Source: Hyphomonadaceae bacterium (GTDB taxonomy: Bacteria; Pseudomonadota; Alphaproteobacteria; Caulobacterales; Hyphomonadaceae). From it: a stretch of DNA of 64,000 nucleotides. The position numbers and the translations under genes were made by a program. Each line of letters starts with the position of its first letter. Positions within the stretch are counted from its first letter, which is position 1. This document shows positions 45,514-54,339 of the stretch, in pieces. The DNA is taken from positions 37,244 through 101,243 of the forward strand of contig JAIXRO010000103.1 in assembly GCA_027485145.1 (NCBI GenBank), in the 5' to 3' direction. The notes beneath the pieces are model-generated. The model did no database searches, had not been told where the DNA came from, and saw only the letters and a program-made list of their open reading frames with translations.

Positions 45514-48303
45514 ATGAAAAATCTTATCCAAGAGTTGACCCGGTCAACGCTGCTCGCAAGCGCTTCGATCGCGGTGCTCGCCTCCGGGCAGAGTTTCGCT
45601 CAGGTCGCCGATGTGCCTGAAGACGAAGTGTCGGTTCAGGATGTTGTTGTTGTCACCGGCGTGCGCGGCAGCATTATCAATTCGATTGATCAGAAGCGCG
45701 AAGCTGCCGGTTTCGTGGACGCGATCTCGGCCGAAGATCTTGGCAGGTTTCCTGACCTGAATATCTCGGAGGCGCTCCAGCGTGTTCCGGGCGTTACATT
45801 GTTTCGCAACAATACGGGCGACGGCCAGTCGATCAATCTTCGCGGTCTCGGGCCGGAATATACCCGGGTTCAGATCAACGGACTGACAGGAACCAATAAC
45901 GGGACGTCTGGCCGCTTTGGCGGCGATTTTGGCTCGGTCGGGGGCGGTTTCAATTTCGAAATCCTCGCTTCGGAGCTTTTCGACAATGTTACCGTGAAGA
46001 AGACCCCGGCGGCGGGCGATGCTGAAGGCGGGCTTGCTGGGATCCTGGAGCTCACCACGCCTCAGGCATTCGACCGGAAGGGCTTTAATCTCTCGGCTTC
46101 GGCGCAGGCTCAAATCAGCGAGACGGCAGATTCAACAACGCCGCGCGTGGCCCTTGTGATGAGCCAGAACTGGGATGACCGGCTGGGCGTCACGGCTTCG
46201 GTTGCTTTCTCGGACGCCGCTTTCAAATCTGACAGCAATGGCGGTATCAGCGCCCGTGCCTTGACGGCAGCGGCCACCCCTGGCCTTCGTGCCAGCGCGA
46301 CACCTGCGCAGCTGGCAGCGCTCGTACCCCAGACGATCAACTACCAAGTCGATGTCGAGGACCGCCAGACGATCGGCTTGACGGGCGGGCTGCAATTTCG
46401 TCCGAATGCCCTGCTGGAATTCACCATCGACGGCATCTATGCCGAGATCGACTCGGAGCGCTTCTTCACACGCGCCGATGCGCCTCCGGAAAGCGGCATC
46501 CTGGCTATCAGCGGCGACACGATTGAAGACGGCGTTCTCACGTCAGGTACCCTTGGCACGATTCAGCAGCGTATCGCCGCAAACGACCTGTCGGGGACAG
46601 AGAAGTTCAACCAGATCTCGGCGAAAGTCGACATCACGCCGAATGACAACTGGCTGATTTCTCCCATGTTCGGGTACTCGCAGCGCGAAACTGATCGCAC
46701 TGGCCAATTGCTTTCCTTCGCCCGCGGCAATACCGCCACCGGCCAGCCCGCCCGTTTCCCGGTATCCTACCAGATCAATGGACCCTTCATTGAGTTTTCG
46801 ACGCCGGGTACGGACTATTCTGCTGGCTCCAACCCGGATGAGTTCTTCATCAACGTGTTCCTGCTGCGCCCTACCAAGGATAAAGATGAAGAGCTCAGCG
46901 CCAAGTTGGATTTCAGTCGCTTCTTCAACGACAGCGCGCTGACCCGTGTGAACTTCGGCGCACGCGTGTCGAGCCGTGAAATCGACCGCAGCTCTTTCGA
47001 AGCCCGCATCCAGAGCGCAACCGCGACTACCGATTTGCGCACCCTTCCAACACTGGGCGACGCGCTTGTCGTCAATTCTTTTGACATCAACGGGGCTCCA
47101 GCAAGCTTCCCGAATACAGTAATCACGGCAGATCCTCGCCGGATCCTCTCGCTCTACCTGCCAAACGGCTATGACTTCAGCAGCCAGTTCACGCCGATCA
47201 CAGGTCCGCTCACGAACGTCAACATTACTGGGGCGGCGATCAATGGCGCTGTGCTCCGCATTCTGCAGGCCAACGCCGCCACACGGACATTCAATGGCAG
47301 CGAGGATACGGTTGCACTTTATGCCGACGCAACGTTCGAACTTGAGAAGCTGCTAGTGAATACCGGGCTTCGATATGTCGACACAACGCAGAGCTCGTCG
47401 GGATATTCAGTTGGCAACAACATCTCCACCCCAACGACCGTTGAAAACGACTACCAAAAATTCCTCCCCAGCATCACCGCACGCTACAACCTCGCCGAAG
47501 ACCTGATCGTTCGGGGGGCTTATTCCAGGACACTTTCGCGTCCGACGCTTTTCGACCTCCGAGTTGCCGAAACATATAGCGGGATTGACGCGAGCGGTGG
47601 CTCAGGCAGCGCCGGCAACCCGGCTTTGCAGCCATACACCTCTGACAACCTCGACATCGGTGTAGAATGGTATTTTGCGGAAGAAGGGCTCCTCGCTGTC
47701 AACGCGTTCCATAAGTCGATCGATGGTTTGATTGTCTCGGGAACGGTGACCGAGAACCGTACCTTTGAATCGCAGGTTACACGCCAGGAAGTCACCGCTC
47801 CGATTATCTTCCGTGTACCGGTCAACGGCGAAGCATCGACGATCAATGGCATCGAGTTCCTGGCCCAGTCGCGGTTCAGCTTCCTGCCTGGCCCGCTTTC
47901 TAACATGGGCGGTATCTTCAACTACACGCTCGCCTCAAGCGACGCGGCATTCGAAGAGGGCGACAATGCTGCGATCTCCAACGGCCTGCCGGGTCTCTCG
48001 AAAAACAGCTATAACGCCATCGCCTATTACGATGACGGAAAGCTCGACGCTCGCTTGTCCTACGCCTGGCGCGAGCGCTTTACCCAGAGCCTTGCGGGCT
48101 CGTTCGGTGTGCCGGAGTTCCAGCAAGACTATGGACAGCTGGACCTTTCGGCAAATTATGCAATCACCGACAATCTCACCCTTCAATTCCAGGCGCTCAA
48201 CCTGACAAACGAGCGGCTTGAGATTGTTTCTGTACAGGATATTCCGAACACGACGACTCAACTCGATCGCCGCTGGTTTGTGGGCGCTCGATATCAGTTC
48301 TAA
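45514..48303 (+). CDS. TonB-dependent receptor 3
   Basis: VVVTGVRGS, DLGRFPDLNISEALQRVPGV, GNPALQP; C-terminal VGARYQF. Confidence 0.95.
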   Translation: MKNLIQELTRSTLLASASIAVLASGQSFAQVADVPEDEVSVQDVVVVTGVRGSIINSIDQKREAAGFVDAISAEDLGRFPDLNISEALQRVPGVTLFRNNTGDGQSINLRGLGPEYTRVQINGLTGTNNGTSGRFGGDFGSVGGGFNFEILASELFDNVTVKKTPAAGDAEGGLAGILELTTPQAFDRKGFNLSASAQAQISETADSTTPRVALVMSQNWDDRLGVTASVAFSDAAFKSDSNGGISARALTAAATPGLRASATPAQLAALVPQTINYQVDVEDRQTIGLTGGLQFRPNALLEFTIDGIYAEIDSERFFTRADAPPESGILAISGDTIEDGVLTSGTLGTIQQRIAANDLSGTEKFNQISAKVDITPNDNWLISPMFGYSQRETDRTGQLLSFARGNTATGQPARFPVSYQINGPFIEFSTPGTDYSAGSNPDEFFINVFLLRPTKDKDEELSAKLDFSRFFNDSALTRVNFGARVSSREIDRSSFEARIQSATATTDLRTLPTLGDALVVNSFDINGAPASFPNTVITADPRRILSLYLPNGYDFSSQFTPITGPLTNVNITGAAINGAVLRILQANAATRTFNGSEDTVALYADATFELEKLLVNTGLRYVDTTQSSSGYSVGNNISTPTTVENDYQKFLPSITARYNLAEDLIVRGAYSRTLSRPTLFDLRVAETYSGIDASGGSGSAGNPALQPYTSDNLDIGVEWYFAEEGLLAVNAFHKSIDGLIVSGTVTENRTFESQVTRQEVTAPIIFRVPVNGEASTINGIEFLAQSRFSFLPGPLSNMGGIFNYTLASSDAAFEEGDNAAISNGLPGLSKNSYNAIAYYDDGKLDARLSYAWRERFTQSLAGSFGVPEFQQDYGQLDLSANYAITDNLTLQFQALNLTNERLEIVSVQDIPNTTTQLDRRWFVGARYQF

Positions 48304-48324
48304 TCTGTATGCGTCGACGCTGAT

Positions 48325-48360
48325 AGATGGGGCGGACAACGTCCGCCCCATCTTACTTCT
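48325..48360 (+). terminator. Intrinsic terminator after TBDR3
   Basis: Perfect 13-bp stem AGATGGGGCGGAC-aac-GTCCGCCCCATCT followed by a T-rich tail. Confidence 0.8.
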
Positions 48361-48524
48361 TCTACAGACTGGACTTGCGAGCCGCCTTGACCAAAGCACT
48401 GAGCCGTATCGCCCGCCATCAAGACATCCACGTGCTCTCAGCCTCGGGCGCGCCGGCGACCTTTCACCCAAACCGTGTTGAAGGGCTATCGCAAGAAATT
48501 GGCCGCGCTTTTGCCGCTTCGCAT

Positions 48525-48917
48525 TTGCAACGCTTCATCGACACGCTGATCCCCTGCCCTTGCAGCGCGGCGGCTGTCGGCGTTTGCCTCATGGGAACAA
48601 AAGCCGAGGTCTGGTCAGCGTGTTCATTTCTTCCGCGATCGAACCGCTTCCTCTGCGAAATCTCTCAGGCAGTTTGCGAGCACGCTTCAACGCCGTTGCT
48701 TGTCTTACTGAATGGAGCAGGCGCTGCATTGTTTGAGCCTCGCCGGCGGCCTCAGAGGATCTTGCCCGCGAGTGCGTTTGACGAGTCGCCTTCCAACTGC
48801 TCGTTCGGTCTCAGCATCGAAAATGTGGCGACGTTAATGACGGCGGATCCGAAGCCATTCGAATCGTTCGAGGATTTTGTGCGACGCGTCGTAGGTGAGA
48901 GCCAAGGCATCCACTGA
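48525..48917 (+). CDS. Unknown Cys-containing protein, copy A (true start unclear)
   Basis: About two-thirds identical by eye to 57995-58390, with many synonymous changes in this frame. The ORF-track ATG (48327) lies inside the terminator stem. Confidence 0.6.
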   Translation: MQRFIDTLIPCPCSAAAVGVCLMGTKAEVWSACSFLPRSNRFLCEISQAVCEHASTPLLVLLNGAGAALFEPRRRPQRILPASAFDESPSNCSFGLSIENVATLMTADPKPFESFEDFVRRVVGESQGIH

Positions 48918-48949
48918 AGACACAGGTCCAAACGCTGCATTGCAATCGG

Positions 48950-49912
48950 CTATTGATCAGCGGTCACATGCACCTCGCCCGATGCCTTCCATTCTACGGC
49001 GACCGGGAGCGATGCGTCGAGACTGGCCAAAACACTGGCGACATCACGATCCGCGAAAGTCGCACTAACACGCAGATTTGGATCAATGCCCGGGGATAGA
49101 ACAATCTTTGTACCGACGTAGTTTTGAAGCCTTTCGAATACCAGACTTATAGGTTCATCCAGAAACACGATGCTGCCCGTTCGCCAGGCTCCAACGATCT
49201 CTGGCGGGATATCCCCAAGATCTCTCAACGAGCCGTCTGGCAATACCAAAACACGGGCGCCCGGAAGCAGTTGACGCGCCTCAGCACCAGCCTCTCGGCT
49301 TGTAACCCGAACGGATCCCCGCTGGACAGAAATTGACGTGAACTGATCGAATTGCCCAACTTCAAAGGCAGTCCCCGTCACCATGATCGTTGCAAGTTTT
49401 GTCTCCACCACAAATGTCCGTGGGGTGCCGGGGACGACTTCAAAAAACGCCTCGCCGTTGGCAAGGCGCACGGTTGTAAGATCGGAGCTCTCTTCAACGG
49501 TGAGCTGTGCACGCGCATTGAGTATAAGACTGTCGCCGGAGGATAGCTTAACGGAAACCGGCTCTGCCGAGCGAGACGCGTAACTCTCGATCCGGGACGA
49601 AGGGGACGGCGCAACGACGCCGAGCACGAAGACGGTTGCCATACTGACGGCGGCAGCAGCTATTCCTGCAATCATGAACTTATTGATTGAGGGGCGAGGG
49701 CTACGCTCTGAGAGCCTGTCTTTTGCCGCGCTTGACGCAGCCCAGGCTTGCCGCGCACGCTGATAGTCTGCTTCATTTGCATCGGTCACCAACCGCCAGC
49801 GCGCACAGGCCGCATGATCTTCGGGCGAGGCGTTATCCGACATGAGGCGCGCAACCCAGCTCGCGCCATCGTTGGGCGCATTGTTCGGTTCGGAAGGCTG
49901 GTCTTCGATCAT
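48950..49912 (-). CDS. FecR-family anti-sigma factor
   Basis: ASWVARL...WR...NEADY N-terminus, one TM helix, LANGEAFFEV, VTGTAFEV, WRTG.IVF. Confidence 0.92.
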   Translation of the reverse strand: MIEDQPSEPNNAPNDGASWVARLMSDNASPEDHAACARWRLVTDANEADYQRARQAWAASSAAKDRLSERSPRPSINKFMIAGIAAAAVSMATVFVLGVVAPSPSSRIESYASRSAEPVSVKLSSGDSLILNARAQLTVEESSDLTTVRLANGEAFFEVVPGTPRTFVVETKLATIMVTGTAFEVGQFDQFTSISVQRGSVRVTSREAGAEARQLLPGARVLVLPDGSLRDLGDIPPEIVGAWRTGSIVFLDEPISLVFERLQNYVGTKIVLSPGIDPNLRVSATFADRDVASVLASLDASLPVAVEWKASGEVHVTADQ

Positions 49913-50463
49913 CAGTTGCCTCCCTCGAGTGCGCGCGCGATGCGTCTCAGCGCCTCGCTGATATGCTTTTCGACGGCGCTCTTGGAAATTCTCATCCGGC
50001 TTGCGATCTCGGTATACGAATGATCCTCAAAGCGGGATAATTCAAAGGCAGTGCGGCATTTCGGAGGGAGTTCTTTAATAGCGCCCAAAACGATTTCCAA
50101 ATCCTCACGATTGATCATCTGAACATCTATCGGAGGTGCAGGATCGCCCAGACTGTCCAGTATCTCATTGTCTAGTACGGAATTTATTGGCGCCACCCCA
50201 GATCGGCCTCGAGCGGCGGACCGCAAAAAGTCAATCCAATGATTGCGCGCAATCCGGAATATTTTCGGAATGGCGTCGGGCGCTGCTGGATCATAGCCCG
50301 CCCTGAGGAACCGCATGAGGGTCTCCTGAGCAAGATCTTCCGCCTCGAATCCGGTTAGTCCCCTACGGACAAAATAAGCCACAAGCTCCGGCCGCGTCTG
50401 CGAGATCAGCAGGACGATCGGATCTTCGCTTTTGTCCGGCACACCAGCTCCGCTTTGGATCAA
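49912..50463 (-). CDS. ECF sigma-70 factor (FecI-like)
   Basis: AEDLAQET, IARNHWID and LPPKCRTAFELSR...SYTEIA...AVEKHI motifs; coupled to fecR. Confidence 0.95.
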   Translation of the reverse strand: MIQSGAGVPDKSEDPIVLLISQTRPELVAYFVRRGLTGFEAEDLAQETLMRFLRAGYDPAAPDAIPKIFRIARNHWIDFLRSAARGRSGVAPINSVLDNEILDSLGDPAPPIDVQMINREDLEIVLGAIKELPPKCRTAFELSRFEDHSYTEIASRMRISKSAVEKHISEALRRIARALEGGN

Positions 50464-50617
50464 CGCATTCGGGCGCCCTGCGCCGGGCGTGCCTCTAAGG
50501 CAATCATGGCCCGGCTACATCGTGAATTTTTTATTACTCCTCTGAGGTGCTGGCGGGACGCAGCGTCTTCGAGAGTGAGGCGCGCGCGGGGCGGGCCATA
50601 GAACTTTGAGGAAAAAA

Positions 50618-53095
50618 ATGTCTCAGGCAAAACACGTCGCGGCGCGCGACACAGCTTCCATCCTGGCACTGGCGCTGTGTCTGGCAGGCGCCACCCACGC
50701 GAATGCGCAAGCGGCGCCGACCGACGAGAAAAGCAAAGTGATAGAAGCGGTCATTGTCACGGGAACGAGAGCTCCCGACCGTACCGCATTTGACAGCGCG
50801 GTTCCTGTAGACGTCGTGTCCGGTGACGCCCTTCGCTCGTCCAATGGCGCCGGCGATCTTGGGGACGCTATCGAAGCCGTTGTGCCGTCATTCAATTTGC
50901 CGCTGCTGTCGGCTGTCGGCTCGGCAGACACAATCCGGGCGCCGCGCCTGCGCGGCCTATATCCAGACCAGGTACTGGTCCTGATAAACGGAAAGCGCCG
51001 TCATCAATCCGCAGTGCTCCTCAACGAGGGCAACTATGCTGCGGGGACATCGCCGATCGACTTCAATTCGCTGCCATCCAACGCGATCGAGCGCATCGAA
51101 GTGTTGCGCGACGGCGCGGGCGCGCAATATGGGTCTGATGCGATCGCAGGCGTGATCAACGTCGTGCTGAAAGAAGGCGCCGGAGACGGGGAAGTCTCTG
51201 CAAGCTATGGTTCGTACCGCACCCAGTTTGAGCCAACCCAGAAGGAAATCATCGACGGCGAAACCTTCCAGCTTGCCGGCGACTATGGTTTTGCGCTCGC
51301 CGGAGACGGATTTGTTCGCCTGGGCCTCTCGTACCGGGACCGCGAACCCACCAACCGGTCCGGTTTTGATCAGGTCGCCTCGTTCGAAAACGCAAGAAAC
51401 ATCACGGTCGCAGGCCTCGCTGGCAGCGTGAACTTCGCCAGTGGCCAGGGCGCTGCAGAAGAGTGGAATGGCTATCTGAACGCTGAGCTCCCGCTCGGCG
51501 CAGCTGACGCCTATGCCTTCGGCACGATCAGCCAGCGCGATACGACGGGCACTGCCTTCTTCCGCTATCCGTTCGGGAGCGCCGGCCTTCGCGATGAGAA
51601 CCTTGCGACAACGGTTTTCCCCCGCGGATACCTTCCGCGAACGACAGCTTCGATCACGGATTACGCGCTGGTCGCGGGCGTGAGATCTTCAGGCGATGTA
51701 TGGGATTGGGATCTGAGCGCGCGTTATGCGCGTAACGAGTTTGATTTTGGCGGTGAGAACACGCTGAACCCTTCGCTTGGCGAAGCGAGCCCGACCTCGT
51801 TCCAGACGGCCCTATTTCAGCTCGATCAGATTTCGCTCAACGCCGACGCCGTCCGGAGATTCGAGGTCGGCTTTGCGTCTCCGCTGAATGCGGCCTTCGG
51901 CGCTGAATACCGTTGGGAAGGCTGGAGTGCGACGCCCGGCGATCCGTCGGCCTACCAGGCCGGTCCAGTCAGAACCAATTCGATCGGCGCCCAAGGCGGA
52001 CTGGTCTTGCGGCCGCAGGACGCGGCTGATCTCGATCGGTCGATCTTCGCAGCTTATGTCGATCTCGAGGCCGACATCACAGACCGTCTCCTGCTAAGCA
52101 GCGCAGCACGGTATGAAAATTACAGTGATTTCGGCGATGCGGTCGCCGGTAAACTCGCTGCCCGGTACTCGGTTCTGAACAATCTCAACCTGCGCGCTTC
52201 GGTCAGCACAAGTGTTCGCGCCCCGACGCTTGCCCAGCAGGGTTTCGGCGCGACTGACCAGGTCTTCTCGTCAACGGGTACGCTTCAACTGGTCGACCGC
52301 CGCATCCTGCCAACAGATTCGGCCGTCTCACAAGCACTGGGCGCGCAGCCTCTAGAGCAGGAAACATCGGTCAACTATTCGGCAGGCTTCGCATTCCGGC
52401 CGACCGATGCTTTGACCCTGACATTGGACGCCTATCATATCTCGGTCGAAGACCGGATCCAGCTGTCCCAGCAAATCAACAGCGCCGCTGTCAGGTCCTT
52501 TATCCAGACCAATTTCGGTCTCACAAACATCGACCGTGTCCAGTTCTTCACCAACGTAAGTGAAACGAAAACTGAGGGTTTTGACGCCGTCGCAGCTTAT
52601 GAGACGCCGCTGGCGGGTGGAGATCTCAATCTGACCGCAGGTTACAACTACGGTACGACGACGTTTGAAGGCAAAGACCCTCTGCCCCCGCAGCTCGCCG
52701 CGATTGATCCAAGTATCAACCTGTTCACGATCAGTGGCCTGACGGTGTTTGACGCAGCTCCCCTCAGCCGAAGTATCTTCACGGCCGACTGGAGCAACGA
52801 TGACTGGGCACTTCGTGCCACAGCGTCACGCTTTGGCCGCGTCACACGCCCAAGCCGCGACGCAACGCGCAACCGTCGACATGAATGGGAGGGTGACTGG
52901 TCGGTTGATCTTGAGGCGGAGTATTCGTTTGACAATGGCGTGAGCCTTGCCGCTGGCGGAAACAATGTCTTTGACGCCTACCCCGAGCAAGCCTTCCCGG
53001 CGGACAACTACTTCGGCAGCCTGCCATATGATTTCACTGTCCCGATCGGATACAACGGCGCCTATTACTATGTGCGCGCTCGGTATGCGTTCTAG
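50618..53095 (+). CDS. TonB-dependent receptor 4 (no STN domain)
   Basis: VIVTGTR, VLVLINGKRRH, RIEVLRDGAGAQYGSDAIAGVIN; C-terminal ARYAF. Confidence 0.95.
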   Translation: MSQAKHVAARDTASILALALCLAGATHANAQAAPTDEKSKVIEAVIVTGTRAPDRTAFDSAVPVDVVSGDALRSSNGAGDLGDAIEAVVPSFNLPLLSAVGSADTIRAPRLRGLYPDQVLVLINGKRRHQSAVLLNEGNYAAGTSPIDFNSLPSNAIERIEVLRDGAGAQYGSDAIAGVINVVLKEGAGDGEVSASYGSYRTQFEPTQKEIIDGETFQLAGDYGFALAGDGFVRLGLSYRDREPTNRSGFDQVASFENARNITVAGLAGSVNFASGQGAAEEWNGYLNAELPLGAADAYAFGTISQRDTTGTAFFRYPFGSAGLRDENLATTVFPRGYLPRTTASITDYALVAGVRSSGDVWDWDLSARYARNEFDFGGENTLNPSLGEASPTSFQTALFQLDQISLNADAVRRFEVGFASPLNAAFGAEYRWEGWSATPGDPSAYQAGPVRTNSIGAQGGLVLRPQDAADLDRSIFAAYVDLEADITDRLLLSSAARYENYSDFGDAVAGKLAARYSVLNNLNLRASVSTSVRAPTLAQQGFGATDQVFSSTGTLQLVDRRILPTDSAVSQALGAQPLEQETSVNYSAGFAFRPTDALTLTLDAYHISVEDRIQLSQQINSAAVRSFIQTNFGLTNIDRVQFFTNVSETKTEGFDAVAAYETPLAGGDLNLTAGYNYGTTTFEGKDPLPPQLAAIDPSINLFTISGLTVFDAAPLSRSIFTADWSNDDWALRATASRFGRVTRPSRDATRNRRHEWEGDWSVDLEAEYSFDNGVSLAAGGNNVFDAYPEQAFPADNYFGSLPYDFTVPIGYNGAYYYVRARYAF

Positions 53096-53220
53096 TCCCT
53101 CCGTAGACTGAGTGGATGCCGGCCTGTGCTCACCGTCTAGGCGGAGGGACACAGGTCGGCGTTACGCGGTCAACTTTATCAACGAAATCGAAGGCTCGAA
53201 CGAGCGCCGGAAAAGTAGCA

Positions 53221-54312
53221 ATGTTTTACCGTTCAGTGTTCTTTACGCTGCTGTTGTTTACTTCAGGCTGCGCACACCGCGTGCCCGGATTTGAAAGTGC
53301 GCGGTTAGACCAGGTACAATTCATTGGGACGCACAATTCGTATCATATAGAGCCAGACGCAGCCCTTCGCGTTCTTTGGCAAGACAAAAAACAATCGCAC
53401 GCGCCAGCACATCAAGCATTGATGTATACGCACATGCCGCTGGAGGCGCAGGCTCGCCTGGGCATTCGCTTTTTCGAACTTGATGTGCACTTAGATGAAA
53501 CCGGCAATGCCTATTCCGCGGCGGAGTTCCTTGCGCCGATGGTGGCGGCAGGACTTGAGCCTGACGGGCCATTTGATACGGACGCTGTGCTCTCCAAACC
53601 CGGCACAAAAGTGTTCCACACACGCGCGGACATGCGCAGTACATGCCTGCTTCTGGCTGACTGTCTAAGCGAGCTCGAGGACTGGCTAGACGGGCATCCT
53701 TCTGCCGGTCCGCTCATTGTTCAGATCGAGCCCAAACAGCTTCTGGCAACATCAGTGGACCCCAGCCGTTCGTGGCAAATTCTCGAGCAAGATATACTTG
53801 CAGCGGTTCCCGCCTCCCGCATCTTCCGTCCCGGCGAACTTTCAGCTGAGCTTCAAGACCTGCGGAGCGCTGCCCGAGCGGGACGCTGGCCGGCAATCTC
53901 GTCACTTGCCGGCAAGTTCGTTTTCATCCTGAATGGCTCTTCAGCAGATACAGTTTCCTATGCCGAAGCAATGGCGACCAAAAGCGTCGGCATTCTGTTT
54001 CCGGCGCTCTCGGATGCAGAAGATCCAATGGCGGCGTTTGTCAGCCGGAATGATTCTGCCTCCCCCGACATACCGGGCCTTGTTGCCGCAGGTCAGATCG
54101 TAATCACTTATGCTGACTGGCGCACGCACGCTGCGCGCGACAATGACACGAGAGGCAAGGATGCCGCGTTCGGCTCTGGCGCCCAGTTGATTGCCACGGA
54201 CTATCCCGTCGCTGACCGGCGATTGTCTGATTATTCTGTCCGCTTTCCTCAAGGCTTCGTGCGCAATCGGCCGATTACGCCCCGTGAAGAAACCGTAGCA
54301 GAAGCTCGCTAG
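53221..54312 (+). CDS. Ca-dependent PI-PLC-like phosphodiesterase lipoprotein
   Basis: QFIGTHNSYH, GIRFFELDVH, VFH...TC...CL, GAQLIATDYP; lipobox-like TSGC. Confidence 0.85.
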   Translation: MFYRSVFFTLLLFTSGCAHRVPGFESARLDQVQFIGTHNSYHIEPDAALRVLWQDKKQSHAPAHQALMYTHMPLEAQARLGIRFFELDVHLDETGNAYSAAEFLAPMVAAGLEPDGPFDTDAVLSKPGTKVFHTRADMRSTCLLLADCLSELEDWLDGHPSAGPLIVQIEPKQLLATSVDPSRSWQILEQDILAAVPASRIFRPGELSAELQDLRSAARAGRWPAISSLAGKFVFILNGSSADTVSYAEAMATKSVGILFPALSDAEDPMAAFVSRNDSASPDIPGLVAAGQIVITYADWRTHAARDNDTRGKDAAFGSGAQLIATDYPVADRRLSDYSVRFPQGFVRNRPITPREETVAEAR

Positions 54313-54339
54313 AGGGAGCGATACCAGAGCGATGGGGCC

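Noticed and set aside
48327-48524. N-terminal 66 codons of the 196-aa ORF
   Set aside because: The ATG is within the TBDR3 terminator stem, and similarity to the paralogue begins only at 48525.
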